Shown here one piece after another: positions 1 to 11,347 of a stretch of 64,000 bases of DNA (position 1 is the stretch's first letter; each line of letters begins with the position of its first letter). Under the pieces are notes generated by a model. It was not told the DNA's origin and searched no databases. It saw nothing but the letters and a program-made list of their open reading frames with translations. Source of the DNA: Octopus sinensis (Eukaryota); NCBI RefSeq assembly GCF_006345805.1, contig NC_042999.1, positions 24,676,001 to 24,740,000 of the forward strand. Direction: 5' to 3'. Made by a program: the position numbers and the translations under genes.

Positions 1-15
1 AATGGAAATGAAATG

Positions 16-53
<38 letters not shown>

Positions 54-132
54 GAAAAACTTATGAGTTGGAGACAGGAAGCTTTGTAAAAGACAGGAAC
101 ATAAAAAGCTTTGTAAAAGACAGGAACATAAA

Positions 133-742
133 AAGCACCATCCGATCGTGGCCGTTTTCAGCTTCGCCTGGCCTCCGTGCCCGTGGCACGTAAAAAGCAC
201 CATCCGATCGTGGCCGTTTGCCAGCCTCGTCTGGTCTCCGTACCAATGGCACATAAAAAGCACCATCCGATCGTGGCCGTTTGCCAGCCTTGTCTGCTCT
301 CCGTGCCAATGGCACATAAAAAGCACCATCCGATTGTGGCCGTTGCCAGCCTCGCCTGGCCTCCGTGCCCGTGGAACGTAAAAAGCACCATCCGATTGTG
401 GCCGTTTGCCAGCCTCGTCTGGTCTCTGTACCAATGGCACATAAAAAGCACCATCCGATTGTGGCCGTTGCCAGCCTCGCCTGGCCTCCGTGCCCGTGGC
501 ACGTAAAAAGCACCATTCAATCATGGCCGTTTGCCAGCCTCGTCTGGCACCTGTGCCGGTGGCACGTAAAAAGCACCAAATTACATTCACGGAGTGGTTG
601 GTGTTAGGAAGGGCATCCAGCTGTAGAAACACTGCCAGATCAGATTGGAGCCTGGTGCAGCCTTCTGGCTTCCCAGACCCCAGTTGAACCATCCAACCCA
701 TACTAGCATGGAAAGCGGACGTTAAACAATGATGATGATGAT
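133..742 (+). mobile_element. Family A non-autonomous retroposon (RTE-like, (GAT)n tail) with seven tandem internal 62-63 bp units
   Basis: Units start at 133, 195, 258, 321, 383, 446 and 508, followed by the family 3' part (ggaagggcatccagctgtagaaac...gttaaacaatgatgatga). Other copies: ~3805-4085 (-), 4326-4610 (+), 5232-5560 (+), 19470-19750 (+), 20570-20910 (+), 21925-22115 (+), 22703-23122 (-), 24285-24467 (+). Confidence 0.85.
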
Positions 743-790
743 GAGAGAAAACAAAATCAACGACAAATTTAAAAAATAAAGTAAACATAC

Positions 791-908
791 CTTCACCAAT
801 TAATGTTGATTTTGTATAAAGTGCAGTTAATTGTCGCATGAAAACTGAACTTTTATTGTCACTAGCAGCTTTGAGTGCAGCAGTTTCAGTTTGTTTAACA
901 ACACCAAC
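791..908 (-). CDS. MSH3: MSH3 coding exon 4 (118 nt, ends in phase 1); gene continues left of the window
   Basis: Acceptor tacttag|GTT and donor GAAG|gtatgt; [39 protein letters not shown] matches MSH3. Confidence 0.97.
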
Positions 909-2093
909 CTAAGTATAAATAACAGAACAATATATACAGAAACAGTGGTACATCTTGATAAGTTTTATAATTTTTTTTCACAGACAAATCTTAAAGATTT
1001 GATGCTTACTTTTGATAATAGGAAAACAAATAGCAAATCATACAACATATCATGTTTTTATTTGCTTCATTTTTTAATCATATTTATATGGATACATTAA
1101 CAATCTAAGATCAAGTTGCTAAACCCTGTGCAAGATACACTACTCTACTTTATACAAATATGTTACTCTTTTACTTGTTTCGGTCATTTGGCTGTGGCCA
1201 TGCTGGAGCACCACCTTTAGAAAAAACTGTCTAGAAATCCAGTGGAGGTACTATAATGGTTCTTGGATGGTACATTCAATATGTTGCCTTGTTTAACACC
1301 ACCAGCAAGAGATTATTGCTTGCCTTTATACATTTGGTTGTAAATATTAGCAGAAGCCCTCTGGTCTGATGATAACTTGATAATAATAAAATATTTCAGC
1401 TACTACAGTGGTCACTGTTCCATATCTCATATCACTGCCATTCAAGACCAATAGTTTCTCTTCCTTTTGTTACTCTCTCAGCCCTGCAACAACCAATCTT
1501 TCCTCCCTGGAATATTGAACACCGACTGAATCAATCTTACTAGCATCAAAGTGCCTAAGAAGGCCATGAGTGGAAGTACTTTCTCTAGATGAAACCATTA
1601 AAAACAAATGCAGCAACTCAGAGGTTGTAGTTTTTCTTTCCCTTCATCTACATCAACACCAGTCTCAAAAACCTGACAAAGTTCAGGAAGGGAAAAAAAA
1701 AATCAACAGGAGGCTTAAACCAAGAAGGAATCCTTTATCTATTCATCCAGTATGCTAAAGATACCAACCAAATCACCCTTCTGTAACACCAGGCCATCAG
1801 AAAAAAAGGACACATTGGATATTGTAGTCCTAGATACTCTATGTCTAGATGATATGGTCAAGGTTGAAATGTCTTTGATCATAGGTTTAATTCATCAGGA
1901 CTGACAAGGCTAAACAACAACTACTATTGCTACTACTACTGAGTGTCAAGGACACGTTAATGTAGTCCCAAATACACTAAAACTTAAATACACAATGGTC
2001 AAGGCTGGAATATATTAGGTCTGCTCTATGAGTGTTAACTCAGGGTTAAACAACAGGAATACTGAAAATAAGCTTTGCAACTGTAATACTCAC

Positions 2094-2210
2094 CTTGTAG
2101 CCTGCAGTGACGAGGCGTTGAACATGGACAAACAGACGATGTGTTGGGATGCTGGCAGTCATAAAATTATGGTCTGGATTACAAGTGATCTTTAAAACAT
2201 CTGCAGCAAT
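2094..2210 (-). CDS. MSH3: MSH3 coding exon 3 (39 codons, MutS domain I)
   Basis: Acceptor tttttcag|ATT and donor AAG|gtgagt; [39 protein letters not shown] closely matches MSH3 domain I. Confidence 0.97.
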
Positions 2211-2562
2211 CTGAAAAACATCACATATTTTCAATAACTATTTTATAATGTCTTGACGTTTCCTGGTAAACTAATATCACTATACCATTTAATTATATTT
2301 ACAGTTACCAACTTTGGACACATCTTATCTAAATTCAATGAAAAGATCCCCCTATGTAATCACTTGAGTAGTTTGGCATATCAATGAAATTTCCATCAAA
2401 TCACAGTGTGCCATTTTTAAAAGACAACACAACTGCCGCTGCCACCACCGCCACCACCTCACTGCCTTATCTATTTGAAATATTGAAACATGCAGCCTGT
2501 ATCCTTTGTCGTTAAGGGCAAACTGATCCAAATGCTTAGAATATATCAAAAATGTGGGAGAT

Positions 2563-3180
2563 GTTAGTTAGTTAATTTTTTGGCTCAAAAAACAAAAAGC
2601 AAGGCCATGTAGGGGGACATAGAGTTATGTACAGGGTGGTGTTCATGTAAATAGTTCAGGCCACTTGAGGTCAAGGGAGACTTTGAACCAAGCGGTCGTT
2701 GGCATCTTCACCATCTCGTCTGGCAGCTTATTCCACGGATCCGCAACCCGGACAGAGAAAGCCCCTCTCCTTCGATTGAGATGAAATCGTCGCAGATAGA
2801 GCTTTTCGGAATGACCCCGCAGCCGACGCTCTAGAGCAGGAGTGAAGAACAGCTCTTTCGAGAGGTTACACTTTCCGCTCATGATGTTGTGAGCAAGAAT
2901 GAGATCTCCACGGCATCGTCGTTTTTCTAGAGAATAAAGGTCGAGCGTCTTCAGCCTTTCTTCATAAGACAAATTCTTGAGACCAAGAACCATGCGGGTA
3001 GCCAGCTTCTGGACTCTTTCGAGATGATGTATGTCTTTGAGGAGATAAGGAGAAGAGGCTTGAATCACGTACTGCAATATGGGTCTCACCAGCGTGACAG
3101 AGCAGTAGGAATATGGCTACTGTGAGCATTCCGAATGACCGTTGAATCAAGAACAGAATTCCGCGTGCTTTGTTGGATAA
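2563..3180 (-). mobile_element. CR1-clade LINE 3' fragment
   Basis: VRPILQY..QASSPYLLKDIHHLERVQKLATRMV.GLKNLSYEERLK.LDLYSLEKRR.RGDLI...FSVRVADPWNKLP; (TAAC)n-like tail near 2565. A short piece of the same family lies at 18980-19068 (+). Confidence 0.9.
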
Positions 3181-3662
3181 TTACATTTGCTTTATCCAAC
3201 ACATGACTATTTTCTCTTTTCAATAATTTTCAAAATTTCCTGAAGAGAGTCTAAGTCTCTTGTATATGCGATACACCCAAGGCTTCTCTGACATTTTTTG
3301 TTCTTAATAATACTAACATAGTGGAAATACTGAAAGATTAAATTGCTAATTCCCCTTATTTGACAAACAACTACGTCTGTGTGTGTGTGCGCGCATGCAT
3401 GCATGCACACAGGCATCGGTTTCTGGCTAAGAAGTACACTTCTCAGTCATATGGTTTTAAGTTCAGTTTCCACTGAGTGGCACTTTGGGCAAGTGTCCTC
3501 TAATATAACTCAAGACTTAACACTCCCCTGTGAAGGAATTTGGTAGATGGAAAGTGCAAAGCCCATCATATTATATATTATATTTTGTGAAATTTGATTT
3601 AGTATTTCTAAACTGAATTTTTCCCTGTAAGTTTGGAATAATATTCCCTCATATTATTATCA

Positions 3663-3702
<40 letters not shown>

Positions 3703-4157
3703 CACAGGATGTATCTCTGTCTGTGTGTCTGTCATGTCATTAGAACTTGAGATACACCCAACCGATTTTAATGAAATTTTACATATCCATTACATAGGGT
3801 CCACGGTTCGACTGGGATCTGGGAAGCCAGAAGGCTGCACCAGGCTCCAGTCTGATCTGGCAGTTTTTCTACAGCTGGATGCCCTTCCTAACGCCAACCA
3901 CTCCGTGAGTGTAGTGGGTGCTTTTTACGTGCCACTGGCACAGGTGCCAGGTGAGGCTGGCAATGGCCACGATCGGATTGGTGCTTTTTACATGCCAAGG
4001 CGGCACTGGCATTGGCCATGTTTGGATGGTGCTTTTTACGTACCACCGGCACAGGGATCACAACTACAGTTTCCATTGATTTAGATCGCCATGTTGATTC
4101 GCTAGCCTCTGCACGCATTTTTTTTCTCTCCTTCTTTCTGTGTTTTTTCTCTGTGTA

Positions 4158-4195
4158 TCTTTCTGTTGAAGAGCGTAGGCTCGAAACGTTAAAGA
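4158..4195 (+). ncRNA. Minimal hammerhead-like motif (Penelope-type) with A6-to-U core change
   Basis: tcttt-CTGTTGA-a-gagc-gtag-gctc-GAAA-cgt-t-aaaga: perfect 5-bp stem I, 4-bp stem II, palindromic ACGT stem III; core is CTGTTGA rather than CTGANGA. Confidence 0.55.
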
Positions 4196-5684
4196 CTTGT
4201 TTTATTTATATTTCCTGAGCGCCATACTAATACAATTGTTTGTCTGTATTCCACCTGCCTTCGTCTTTTGTTTATTTCCGTAAACCTGCCTTCGTCTTTT
4301 GTCTATTTTCATAAAGCTTCCCGTTGACTCGTGGCCGATGCCAGCACCGCCTCGACTGGCTTCCGTGCCGGTGGCACATAAAATACACCAATCTGACCGT
4401 GGCCGTTGCCAGCCCCGCCTGGCACCTGTGCAGGTGGCACGTAAAAAGCACCCACTACACTCACGGAGTGGTTGGCGTTAGGAAGGGCATCCAGCTGTAG
4501 AAACATTGCCAAATTAGACTGGAGCCTGGTGCAGCCTTCTGGCTTCCCAGAACCCCGGTCGAACCGTCCAACCCATGCTAGCATGGAGAACGGACGTTAA
4601 ACGACGATAGTAAGAGTATAGGGATTTAAGAAATCCAGGTGAGTACCTCAGTCAGCACTCATGTGAAATCTTATCTAACAGAAAGGAATAGGAAAGGAAA
4701 GAAAATTAGAATTGGTAATTAGTTAACCTAAAAGAAAGATACTCTATGCAAACAGGAAATCCAGGTTAATGAACTGATTATAAGATTTATTATCTGCAAA
4801 GGATGCATCAATAAGGATTGCAGATGATGTTATTTACATTTATTAATCAATTACAATCATTTCATTAATTAGTGGAAATGTTAGATCGATCCACATGCTA
4901 AGTTGTACGAATAAAAACAAAAAAATGATGTGAAATCAAACAATATAAAATGATGTTTTAGATCAACGGCCAGTTAAATAAATATGAGAAAGACAGGAGC
5001 TTAGAAGATCATATTAATGGATTTAATAACAAGTTGTCATACTAAAAGGAGGAACTATAAAGACTAAGTGTCATCTTGGTTCTATTCATTAGATCTATTG
5101 TAAACCACCAGGGTGACTAATTGACTCAATTAGGGAACCAAAAATGTATTGAATACATAGACACTAGTGGAGAGATAAGCAAAGAGATCAGATGGAAATT
5201 TTCAAAGAAACATTAGTTTACAACTATATTCTTGAGGAGACCTATTTGGGTCAAGTACATCAACATCAAAAATCAATGGAAACTGCAGTTGTGATCCCTG
5301 TGCCGGTGGCACGTAAGAGGCACCATCTGAACATGGCCAATGCCAGTGCCACCTTGACTGGTTTCCGTGCCGGTGGCACGTAAAAAGCACCCATTACACT
5401 CATGGAGTGGTTGGTGTTAGGAAGGGCATCCAGCTGTAGAAACACTGCCAGATCAGACTGGGCCTAGTGTAGCCTTCTGGCTTCCCAGACCCCAGTTGAA
5501 CCATCCAACCCATGCTAGCATGGAAAACGGACGTTAAACGATGATGATGATGATGATGATGGTTCTTGATAGTGCCATTAATAGAAAGAAGTAAAATACA
5601 AAGAGAAAAATGAAAATATGGATAAGATTTGAAAAGATGAAGACAAGTAATTAGAATAAAGGTACAAAATAAAGCAATAAGATT

Positions 5685-5982
5685 TGTTGTTGTTTGTTCC
5701 TTCTCAAGCCATGCGTGGCTCATAAGGACTGGTTTCCCCGGTTTCCTTGGCGTATAGGTACCCCACCTGGACGGGACGGTGAACTGCAAGATGCAGGAGG
5801 AAAGAGCAAGAGAAAGTTGTGGCGAAAGAGTCAGCAGGAGTTTCGCCATTACCTTCTGCCGGAGCCGCGTGGAGCTTATGTATTTTCGCTCATAAACACA
5901 CACATCGCCCGGTCTGAGATTTGAACCCGCGATCCCTCAACCGTGAGTCCGCTGCTCTAACCACTAGGCCATGTGCCTCCAC
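5685..5982 (-). mobile_element. Family D tRNA-derived SINE
   Basis: Head gtggaggcacatggcctagtggttagagcagcggactc; 14-bp TSD aaagcaataagatt. Confidence 0.88.
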
Positions 5983-6664
5983 AAAGCAATAAGATTGCCA
6001 CTAAAATTATGGCTTGATAATAATATCGAACCATAATTTTAGTGGCATAATTTTAGGTCAATTAAAGCTGAAATTAAATAAAAATTACTTAAGAAATAAG
6101 ATTAGTTTTGGAGGAAAACATTTATGCAGGAATAGAGAGCATTTTAAACCGAAACTTCTGTGATAAAGCTGGAGTAATGCAAAGAATGAGAAGGTGATCT
6201 ATAACTATAACTGTTTCATGGTCAGTTGGTCAGTGACTTAACACGCCCACCAACCTGGCTTGCCAGGGAAGGAGGGTGTTGTGGACATTCTGGGTGTTGT
6301 GGACAAGACCTGTCAAAGGATAGATGTGCTCATTGTGAACTAATGACCATCCACACAATTAGTGTCTTGTTAAAACATTCTGCAAATGGGCTTGCAAACT
6401 GTAAATTTAAAAAATAAGAGATTGGATTCTTGAAGTCTTGTAAACAACAATTCTAATGTGATACGAAGTAAAGGGCTAATTGCCATTTTTGTTATTATAT
6501 TTCTCTTAAAATACACTGCCTTTGTTTTTAACTAATTTTGAAAATAATGGAGAATTTAATAAAATAATTTTGTTGTTATTAAAATGGTGTCTGAAACAAA
6601 TCAACATAAAATTCTAATGAAAATTTTAAACCAGAAGTTTGTATCAAGCTTTTGATGAGGAGCA

Positions 6665-7705
6665 AGAGAGAGAGAGAGACATATGACAATGAAGACAACT
6701 GGAAGTTCATATGGGACAATCTACTGAGGGCGACAGGCCAAGTCTGTGGCTGGAGCAAAGCCTCTGTCAGACCAAGGGTGACATGGTGGTGGAACAGTGA
6801 GGTTGACAGGGCCATAAAATAGAAGAGACAGGACTGGAAAAAGTAGAAAAGTGGAGGTGAAAAAGAACCAAATCAGGTATCTAAATGGGAAGCTAGTCAT
6901 CAGGTATATCTAGGTAGGGCAGTAGCAGAAAGGAAGAGGTTTACCAATGTCCTATGGAATGAAGATTAGAGACTTGAGGTGTTCCAGATTGCAAGACAGT
7001 GTGTAATAGAGAAGCAACGTGTTGCAGGAGAAGAATGTGTACAGATGGATGACAATAGTATGCTTACACTTAGAGATTCTGAAAAGAGGCGTGGAAGAGT
7101 TTCTACGTAAGGGTATTAAATGTAGAGAATGAATGGGAGAAAGGGGATCTCCCTCATGTGCACCCAACAGAGGGACTAGCTAGCCTAGTTGACAGCAGTA
7201 TGAAAGATAAGGTAATTAAAAATATGAAGACAAGAAAAGCCCCTGGTCCATCAGGAATCACTGCTGGATGCTTTAAATATCTGGTAGAGTAGGATATGGA
7301 CCAGTTAATCAGGTTATTCAGGAAGGTATGTGACTCAGTGACTGGCAGTATTACAGTCAACTGCTACAAAAGTAAGAGAGATGCTTCAGAGAGAGGTGAG
7401 GCATCAAATTGCTGGACCAGGTGAGAAAAGTTACAGAGAGAGTTATAGCCCAATTAATTAGGGACAGAATTAGACTAGATGAAATGCTGTTTGGCTTTGT
7501 CCCGGGGAGAAGCACTACCAATGCTATTTTCACAGTCAGGTAACTGCAAGAGAAATATTTAGCGAAGAATAAGCCATTTGTTGATCTGGAGAAAGCTTTT
7601 AACAGAGTACCCTGCTGTGTGATATGGTGGCTTCTGAGGAAGCTAGGAGTAGATGAATGGTTAGTGAAGTTGTACAGGTCATGTACAGAGGCTCTGTCAG
7701 TAAGG
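6665..7705 (+). mobile_element. RTE-clade LINE internal fragment (linker plus RT N-terminal half), decayed
   Basis: RPRVTWWWNSEVDRAIK; [40 protein letters not shown]; antisense to MSH3 and ends ~85 bp from the exon 2 donor. Confidence 0.8.
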
Positions 7706-7790
7706 TTGGCCTCAAGCTACATAACCTTAACATGGGAAAATAAACTTGTTCTACAACAAGAAAGCAAATAACATATAAAACAGTATTTAC

Positions 7791-8294
7791 CTGAGCATCT
7801 TCACCAAAAAACCTGTATTTATAACCACATTCAATGAGCAAGATAGTACCAGGGTATTTTACTTTCAAATCAACAACTTGTTGTTCTAAAGGTGTATATT
7901 TTATTGTTGGAAACGATTTTAACTTGTCACTGCCATGAGATGCTGTCTTGACTTTTGCTGCGCTCTCTTTACATTCTGCTTCAGGTGTTTTGTCATCTTC
8001 AGGATTCACATATATTTCAGCACCATTGTGTTTTGCTACATTGCCATTTTGTTCGTCAAGATCAGGTAAGCCACTTGCAAATCTATTTTTCAGTTCTTCT
8101 AAGTCAATGTTTTCATCATGTGAAGTAGACAAGGAAAAAGCGTTCAGTTTTGATTGCGTTTCTTCATGGAGGCCAAGGCGTATCTTTGAACTAAGAGATG
8201 ATTTTAATTTCTTGCCAAAATCTGAAGATGTTCCAGTGGTATCTTCATTATGCGAGACTTTCCTTTTTTTTGCAGCATCAAAATTACAGTTAGA
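7791..8294 (-). CDS. MSH3: MSH3 coding exon 2 (168 codons; N-terminal linker and start of MutS domain I)
   Basis: Acceptor ttttcag|TCT at 8294 and donor CAG|gtaaat at 7790; 504 nt open frame ending [36 protein letters not shown], the MSH3 domain I signature ([11 protein letters not shown]). Confidence 0.95.
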
Positions 8295-8391
8295 CTGAAA
8301 ATTGTAAAATGATATAAATTATTAGTGAAAATTAATTCAATAATTACAACAAAACAAATCATTAAAAAATCTTAAAGAAATTTCTTATTAA

Positions 8392-8596
8392 CACTTTAGC
8401 ATTGAGATTATTCAGTCAAATGTAATGATTACTTATTCACTTGTTTTGAATTATTAAAGCCTGATTTTGTAGCTTTGAGATTTTGATGATGTGATCATTT
8501 ATTCTTAGGATGACATTGTAGGGTAGGTGTGAAAAGCCAGATCTGGACAGTTCAAACATAAGACAAGTAGATCTGGTTAGTTTAAATGCTAAAGGG
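8392..8596 (-). mobile_element. piggyBac-like MITE copy, degenerate
   Basis: TTAA flanks (8388-8391, 8597-8600), ...taaaggg end, internal match to the other two copies; ~100 bp from the exon 2 acceptor. Confidence 0.65.
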
Positions 8597-9119
8597 TTAA
8601 GAAAAACTTTTCTGAGAGTTTCTAATTGTAGTGAGGTGTGAAATAATCTAGAAACAATTTTGTGCAGTGGTCTCATTGCTCACCAATTAAAAACAGTGAT
8701 TCCAGACTGGTAACAAAAAGTCAAAATTTGTGATTGCAAAGGAAGATATAGTGGGTTGTTATATTGGTTTCAAATTTTGGCAGAAGGCCGGCAATTTCAG
8801 GGGATGGGGCTAAGTCAATAAAATCAACACCCAGTGCTCTACAGGTACTTTAACAACCCTGAAAGGATGGAAGGCAAAGTTGACTTCAGCAGGATTTGAA
8901 CCTGGAACATAAAGACATGAAATGCTGCTAAGCATTTTGCTTGGCGTGCTAATGATTCTGCCAGCTTGCTGCCTTAAATAGTGGTTTGTTACATTAACTC
9001 AAGTACATGACTAGTTTATTGAACCCTCAAAGGTGAAAAGCAAAGTTGATTTTGCTGGGGTTTAAACTTGGAACATGAATACCTGTGAATATTAAAATAC
9101 TTGTTTCTTACATAAGAGT

Positions 9120-9350
9120 CATCATCATCATTGTTCGACCGTGGTCGAGACAATGGAATTTACCATGCTACGCCAGACTTCACGGTCCATCATAGCATTA
9201 CGGAGGTCCTGTTGCTGGATGCCTGTATCCCTGGAGATTACATCAGGGTAGGAGAGCGTGCGCCCTCTGGTATCGCGAGTAGATGGCTTCCAGAGGAGAA
9301 GAGCAGAAATGACCTCTTTTTCAGTTCTGCAATAATGTCCAGCAAACTGG
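9120..9350 (-). mobile_element. Shorter 3' copy of the same RTE/RTE-X family
   Basis: High similarity to 13648-13880; TSD acataagagt/acataatagt (9 of 10 match). Confidence 0.85.
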
Positions 9351-10762
9351 ACATAATAGTGGGGATGGATAGTAATTTAGATTGGCCACAATACTTAATG
9401 GTACTTTATTTCATTGACCTTCAAAGGATAAAAAAAAAACAAGGTTGGCCTTAATGGAATTTGAGCTTTGAATGTAAAGACCCAGAATATAAAATCGCTT
9501 CTGATTTGGGTACAAGCCCAGTAATTTTAAAGGGATGGGGTTGGCTGATTAAATTGACACATGACTTGACTAGTACTTTCATATCCACCTCAGAGGAATG
9601 AAAGAAAAAGTTAACCTCAGCAAGATTTGAATGCAGAATATAAAGAACTAGAGCAATGGCTTCAAGGCATTTTTCCTGATGCTTTAACCTGTAACAAGAT
9701 GAGAGTTTCAGGAACACTTGAGGGGTGTCTGAAGGAACCAAGAATCCGGCTGTCTTCAATAACAATAAATAACACTTTATTCTTTGGGTTCACAGGTAAA
9801 ATATATACATATATATTTCTTAAGGGCGAACCGGCAGCCAAGTCCACAGGACTGTACACAAATGTTCACTCAGGTGACTCAAGAAGATACAGTCTCTGTT
9901 CCCGCTTTGAAGAGAGAGCTTCTCTATGCGTAGGGTTTTCCCTGGGAGAAGTTTTAGTTACATCCGCTTGTTAGGGCTGTTCTTCCAAAAAAAGGGCCAG
10001 ATTTAGCGGGGATGCTTTCAAGTTGCAGTTCCTGCGCATGCGCATGAGGGAACTTCTGGTGGCCTACTGGAAACTTCCAGAGCAGCGCCACAACAAACTA
10101 TTCAACTGGCTCACTACCTTCACAGCCAGAATAAAGAATGCAAGGTATTCAGTCCAATACTCAAATGATTCTGTTAATGCTAATGAGGGAGCACCTATTC
10201 AGTTGCTAAACCTGTTAGAAATAGCAGCTAAACAGTCTTCATATTGCACCCTACAAAAAAAGACACTAGTTAAAACACTCATAGATAACAGAGCTAAAAG
10301 CGATGATGGAATGGTCAGAAACACTTCTGAGCAAGGATCTACTCAATAAGGGCTGATTTGGGGCTAAACAACAACAACAACAACAACACATACATATGCA
10401 ATTCTTCTTTCCCCACCTTCTCATTCTCTCTTTCTCTCACTCCCCCCTCTCCCACACACATACACACAGGAACAGACACCTGCTTTCTGGTGAGAATTCA
10501 TGCAATTAAAAAATTTTTTTTGCAATGTATGTACACGTGTTGTAATATGCATATTTTCATTGCTTTATAAATAGACAGTTTGATGGGTTATATTTCATCC
10601 TAGAGCTGTATATTTTTCATGCTATGTTACTGATGGTGTAAATCTATTCTGGAGTCATTGCATCCCAGCTTTACATGACAGTGAATAAACCAGTTGTGAT
10701 AAATCATGGTCATCATGACTATCATTTAATGTGTGCCTCCCACGCCAGCATAGGTAGAATAT

Positions 10763-11047
10763 CACGTGACTGACCAGACTATCAGATGTTGTTACACATC
10801 GCTGGTCACAATGCGTTCACATTGTTTTAGCCTTCGAATGACGCCACCCCGCAGGCTAAGCGAGCAGGCCAACGGGAGAAAGAGTGGCGAAAGAGTACAG
10901 CAGGGATCACCACCCCCTGCCGGAACCTCGTGGAGCTTTTAGGTGTTTTCGATCAATAAACACTCACAACGCCCGGTCTGGGAATCGAAACCGCGATCCT
11001 GCGATCGCGAGTCTGCTGCCCTAACCACTGGGCCATTGTGCCTCCAC
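10763..11047 (-). mobile_element. Family D-related SINE with a different 3' tail
   Basis: Head and body similar to family D; 11-bp TSD aggtagaatat (10752-10762, 11048-11058). Confidence 0.85.
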
Positions 11048-11246
11048 AGGTAGAATATATATTTCATAATTCTCTTTACTTTGACATGTCATATAACCCA
11101 CAGTTCTATGACACTGATCTATCAAAGAAAAAATTTTGATTTATTTTAGCAATGCCAAAAATAGCATCTACATTTATGAAAGAACTCAAGAAGGGTTATA
11201 CCTCTCTAAAAAAAAAATTGTTTGTGTGGATATGATAAAGCTTGAT

Positions 11247-11347
11247 CACAATTTTGCAGAGTTTTGCTAGGGGAAAAGGTCACAATTTTGCAGAGTTTTG
11301 CTAGGGGAAAAGGTCACAATTTTGCAGAGTTTTGCTTGGGGAAAAGA
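11247..11347. repeat. 34-bp minisatellite, about three copies
   Basis: cacaattttgcagagttttgctaggggaaaaggt twice, plus a degenerate third copy. Confidence 0.9.

Noticed and set aside
133-590. Regularly spaced repeats resembling a CRISPR array
   Set aside because: Units are repeated end to end with no unique spacers, are part of a dispersed retroposon, and the context is eukaryotic with no cas genes.
48-839. 263-aa ORF starting [16 protein letters not shown]
   Set aside because: Only the first 16 codons belong to MSH3 exon 4; the rest is read-through past the splice donor into intronic repeat.
7599-8132. 177-aa ORF as a stand-alone gene
   Set aside because: It is part of MSH3 exon 2 plus intron read-through; the true exon is 7791-8294.
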